Shown here: piece after piece, positions 62,559 to 64,000 of the stretch
Layout of the letters: every line of letters begins with the position of its first letter
Numbering within the stretch: position 1 is the stretch's first letter
Assembly (NCBI GenBank): GCA_965219415.1
Contig: CBDCNP010000002.1
Coordinates: 1,184,001-1,248,000, forward strand
From: Candidatus Marinacidobacterales bacterium
Lineage (GTDB): Bacteria > Acidobacteriota > Vicinamibacteria > Marinacidobacterales > DATDRI01
Direction of reading: 5' to 3'
DNA length: 64,000 bases
Notes under the pieces: generated by a model
What the model saw: only the letters and a program-made list of their open reading frames with translations
Databases searched by the model: none
Told to the model about the DNA's origin: nothing
Program-made: the position numbers and the translations under genes

Positions 62559-63656
62559 TCACGGAACCATTTTCCAAAAGTCGATCCCCGATGCCTGCTT
62601 GCCCACGTCGATGGCGGCGTGCCGCTCGAACGTCTCGAGATCGAAGACCTCTACCGTCCCCGGCTGTCCGCCTCGTCCTTCGACTGAGATAAAGGCCAAT
62701 CGACCGTCGGGGCTCACCGCTACGCCATGAGTGATCGGCCGGGTACTGGGTACGCTCGCCAGCTCCTTGCCGGAGTCGACGTCCCAAAAAGCCGTCGAAT
62801 GGTTCGACTTCTCGGTAGCGATCAGAATCTTGCCGTTGGGGGTGATGCCCAAGTTGTACGGCCCCGCGTGAGTATGAAAGCGGCGGGTAATCTTCCAAGC
62901 GTCCAAATCGACTTCCACCACTTGGCTCGCGCCGTTCAAAGCGACGTACGCAAGGCGCTCTTCGGGATGGGGCTGCACCCAGGTCGGCTTCACCGGGGCT
63001 CCGCCAGCCGTGTGGTGCCCCGACGCCTCTTCGGTATCATCCTTGGAAAGCCGTAGGGTCCGCTTGACCTCGAAGGTCATGGTGTCGATCTCGTAAAGCT
63101 CGCCGGACATCATGGCAACCGAGTAGCTCGACTTTGCGTCCGGGCTCAGCCGTGAGCCGTGGGGCATGATGCCCTGCTCGATCTGCGCGATCTCTGACAT
63201 CGAAACCGTGTCCACCACGGACAGGGAGCTCGGTGCGTGGTCGCCATGCAGATTGAAGTTCGCCACGAAGAGAAATCCGGTAGTGGGGCTGATGTCCATG
63301 GTGGCCGGGAACAAGCCCGCCTGTGATTCCCCCACCTGCAGATCGCTGCCCGTCTCGTACTTGTAGATGTAACCGTAGGGCATGCCGTGGGCTATGGAAA
63401 CGAACCAATGCCGTCCGTTGGGGGCTACCCTGACCCCATGCGGCCCCTCGATCTCATTGGGAAAGATCCCGACCGGGATCCTTTTCTCGAGCGCTCCGCC
63501 GTCGGGTCCGAACTTGACGAGATCCACCGTGTCGTCGGACTCGGCTGCCACGTAGACGTAGTACGTCGCGGTAATCGGATCGGGTGGTTCGCCCGCCGGA
63601 GCGAAAGCCGCCGAGAATACGACAGAGACCGCAAGTAGACTCATCGTCGGTTTCAT
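62559..63656 (-). CDS. YncE/YVTN-type beta-propeller exported protein
   Basis: Signal peptide; EGPHG, MPHG, KPTW, THGVAVSPDG. Confidence 0.8.
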   Translation of the reverse strand: MKPTMSLLAVSVVFSAAFAPAGEPPDPITATYYVYVAAESDDTVDLVKFGPDGGALEKRIPVGIFPNEIEGPHGVRVAPNGRHWFVSIAHGMPYGYIYKYETGSDLQVGESQAGLFPATMDISPTTGFLFVANFNLHGDHAPSSLSVVDTVSMSEIAQIEQGIMPHGSRLSPDAKSSYSVAMMSGELYEIDTMTFEVKRTLRLSKDDTEEASGHHTAGGAPVKPTWVQPHPEERLAYVALNGASQVVEVDLDAWKITRRFHTHAGPYNLGITPNGKILIATEKSNHSTAFWDVDSGKELASVPSTRPITHGVAVSPDGRLAFISVEGRGGQPGTVEVFDLETFERHAAIDVGKQASGIDFWKMVP

Positions 63657-64000
63657 GGTGTGGACTCCTTCTTTCCAGAATCCGCCCCCGTCTCCGGATT
63701 AACTAAGCGGACCGCCCAGAGGCCGCTGTTGAAATCGGAGAAGAAAATGTGTCCCTTGTGCGGCTGGGCGCCCCAGACGAATGGCGCGTTCGGCACGAAC
63801 CCTTCGCTGTCGTCGGAGTAAAACTTGGCGATCTGGCGTCCCTGCCGGTACAGATCGTCCATGAGCTCGCCGGAAATGTCCACCACCCTGAGGCCGGCGT
63901 TGAAGTAGCCCACGACCATGATCTCCTGCTCGTAGTCGATCCAGTAGTTGTGCGGCCCGGCCTCCGGCACCCGATAGCGGGCAATCTCCTTCGGATGGTC
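63653..64000 (-). CDS. LVIVD-repeat-like protein, C-terminal part (runs off the window end)
   Basis: HN.W, GYFNAGLRVVDISGEL, WGAQP.KG.IF.SD.NSGLW. Confidence 0.7.
   Translation of the reverse strand, partial: DHPKEIARYRVPEAGPHNYWIDYEQEIMVVGYFNAGLRVVDISGELMDDLYRQGRQIAKFYSDDSEGFVPNAPFVWGAQPHKGHIFFSDFNSGLWAVRLVNPETGADSGKKESTP

Overview
GC-rich bacterial chromosomal window, probably Acidobacteriota/Vicinamibacteria-like. This is inferred from the Oar-type TonB receptor, the Ser/Thr kinase with a TolB propeller, the sulfatase-TPR protein and the MacB-like ABC operon. Two layers are visible. The first is a dispersed set of catabolic and uptake operons: a guanidinase (GdmH)-like ureohydrolase with a KGSA-type aldehyde dehydrogenase, three exported M24-fold paralogs, two DUF885 proteins, an SSS symporter, a NicX-like protein, an amidohydrolase, split aconitase X, a TonB receptor and hydantoinase A/B. 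Three divergent promoters share a GntR-like TRCARTATAYA box, and several of the enzymes have altered active-site ligands. This is the best candidate for an undescribed system, possibly catabolism of a substituted guanidine/amidine or N-heterocycle. The second layer is heavy rearrangement and decay: two IS256 and one IS3 with exact target duplications, a CTAG-ended MITE, a tRNA-fMet remnant with an insert in the T-arm, a kinase gene hit three times, a NAD-GDH gene whose last ~750 bp is inverted, a yjjJ/HipA toxin islet flanked by a duplicated MFS 3' end, and a methyltransferase cassette flanked by 64-bp repeats. No CRISPR array, rRNA, intact tRNA, integrase or reverse transcriptase was seen. 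All family calls come from motif recognition by eye, not database searches.
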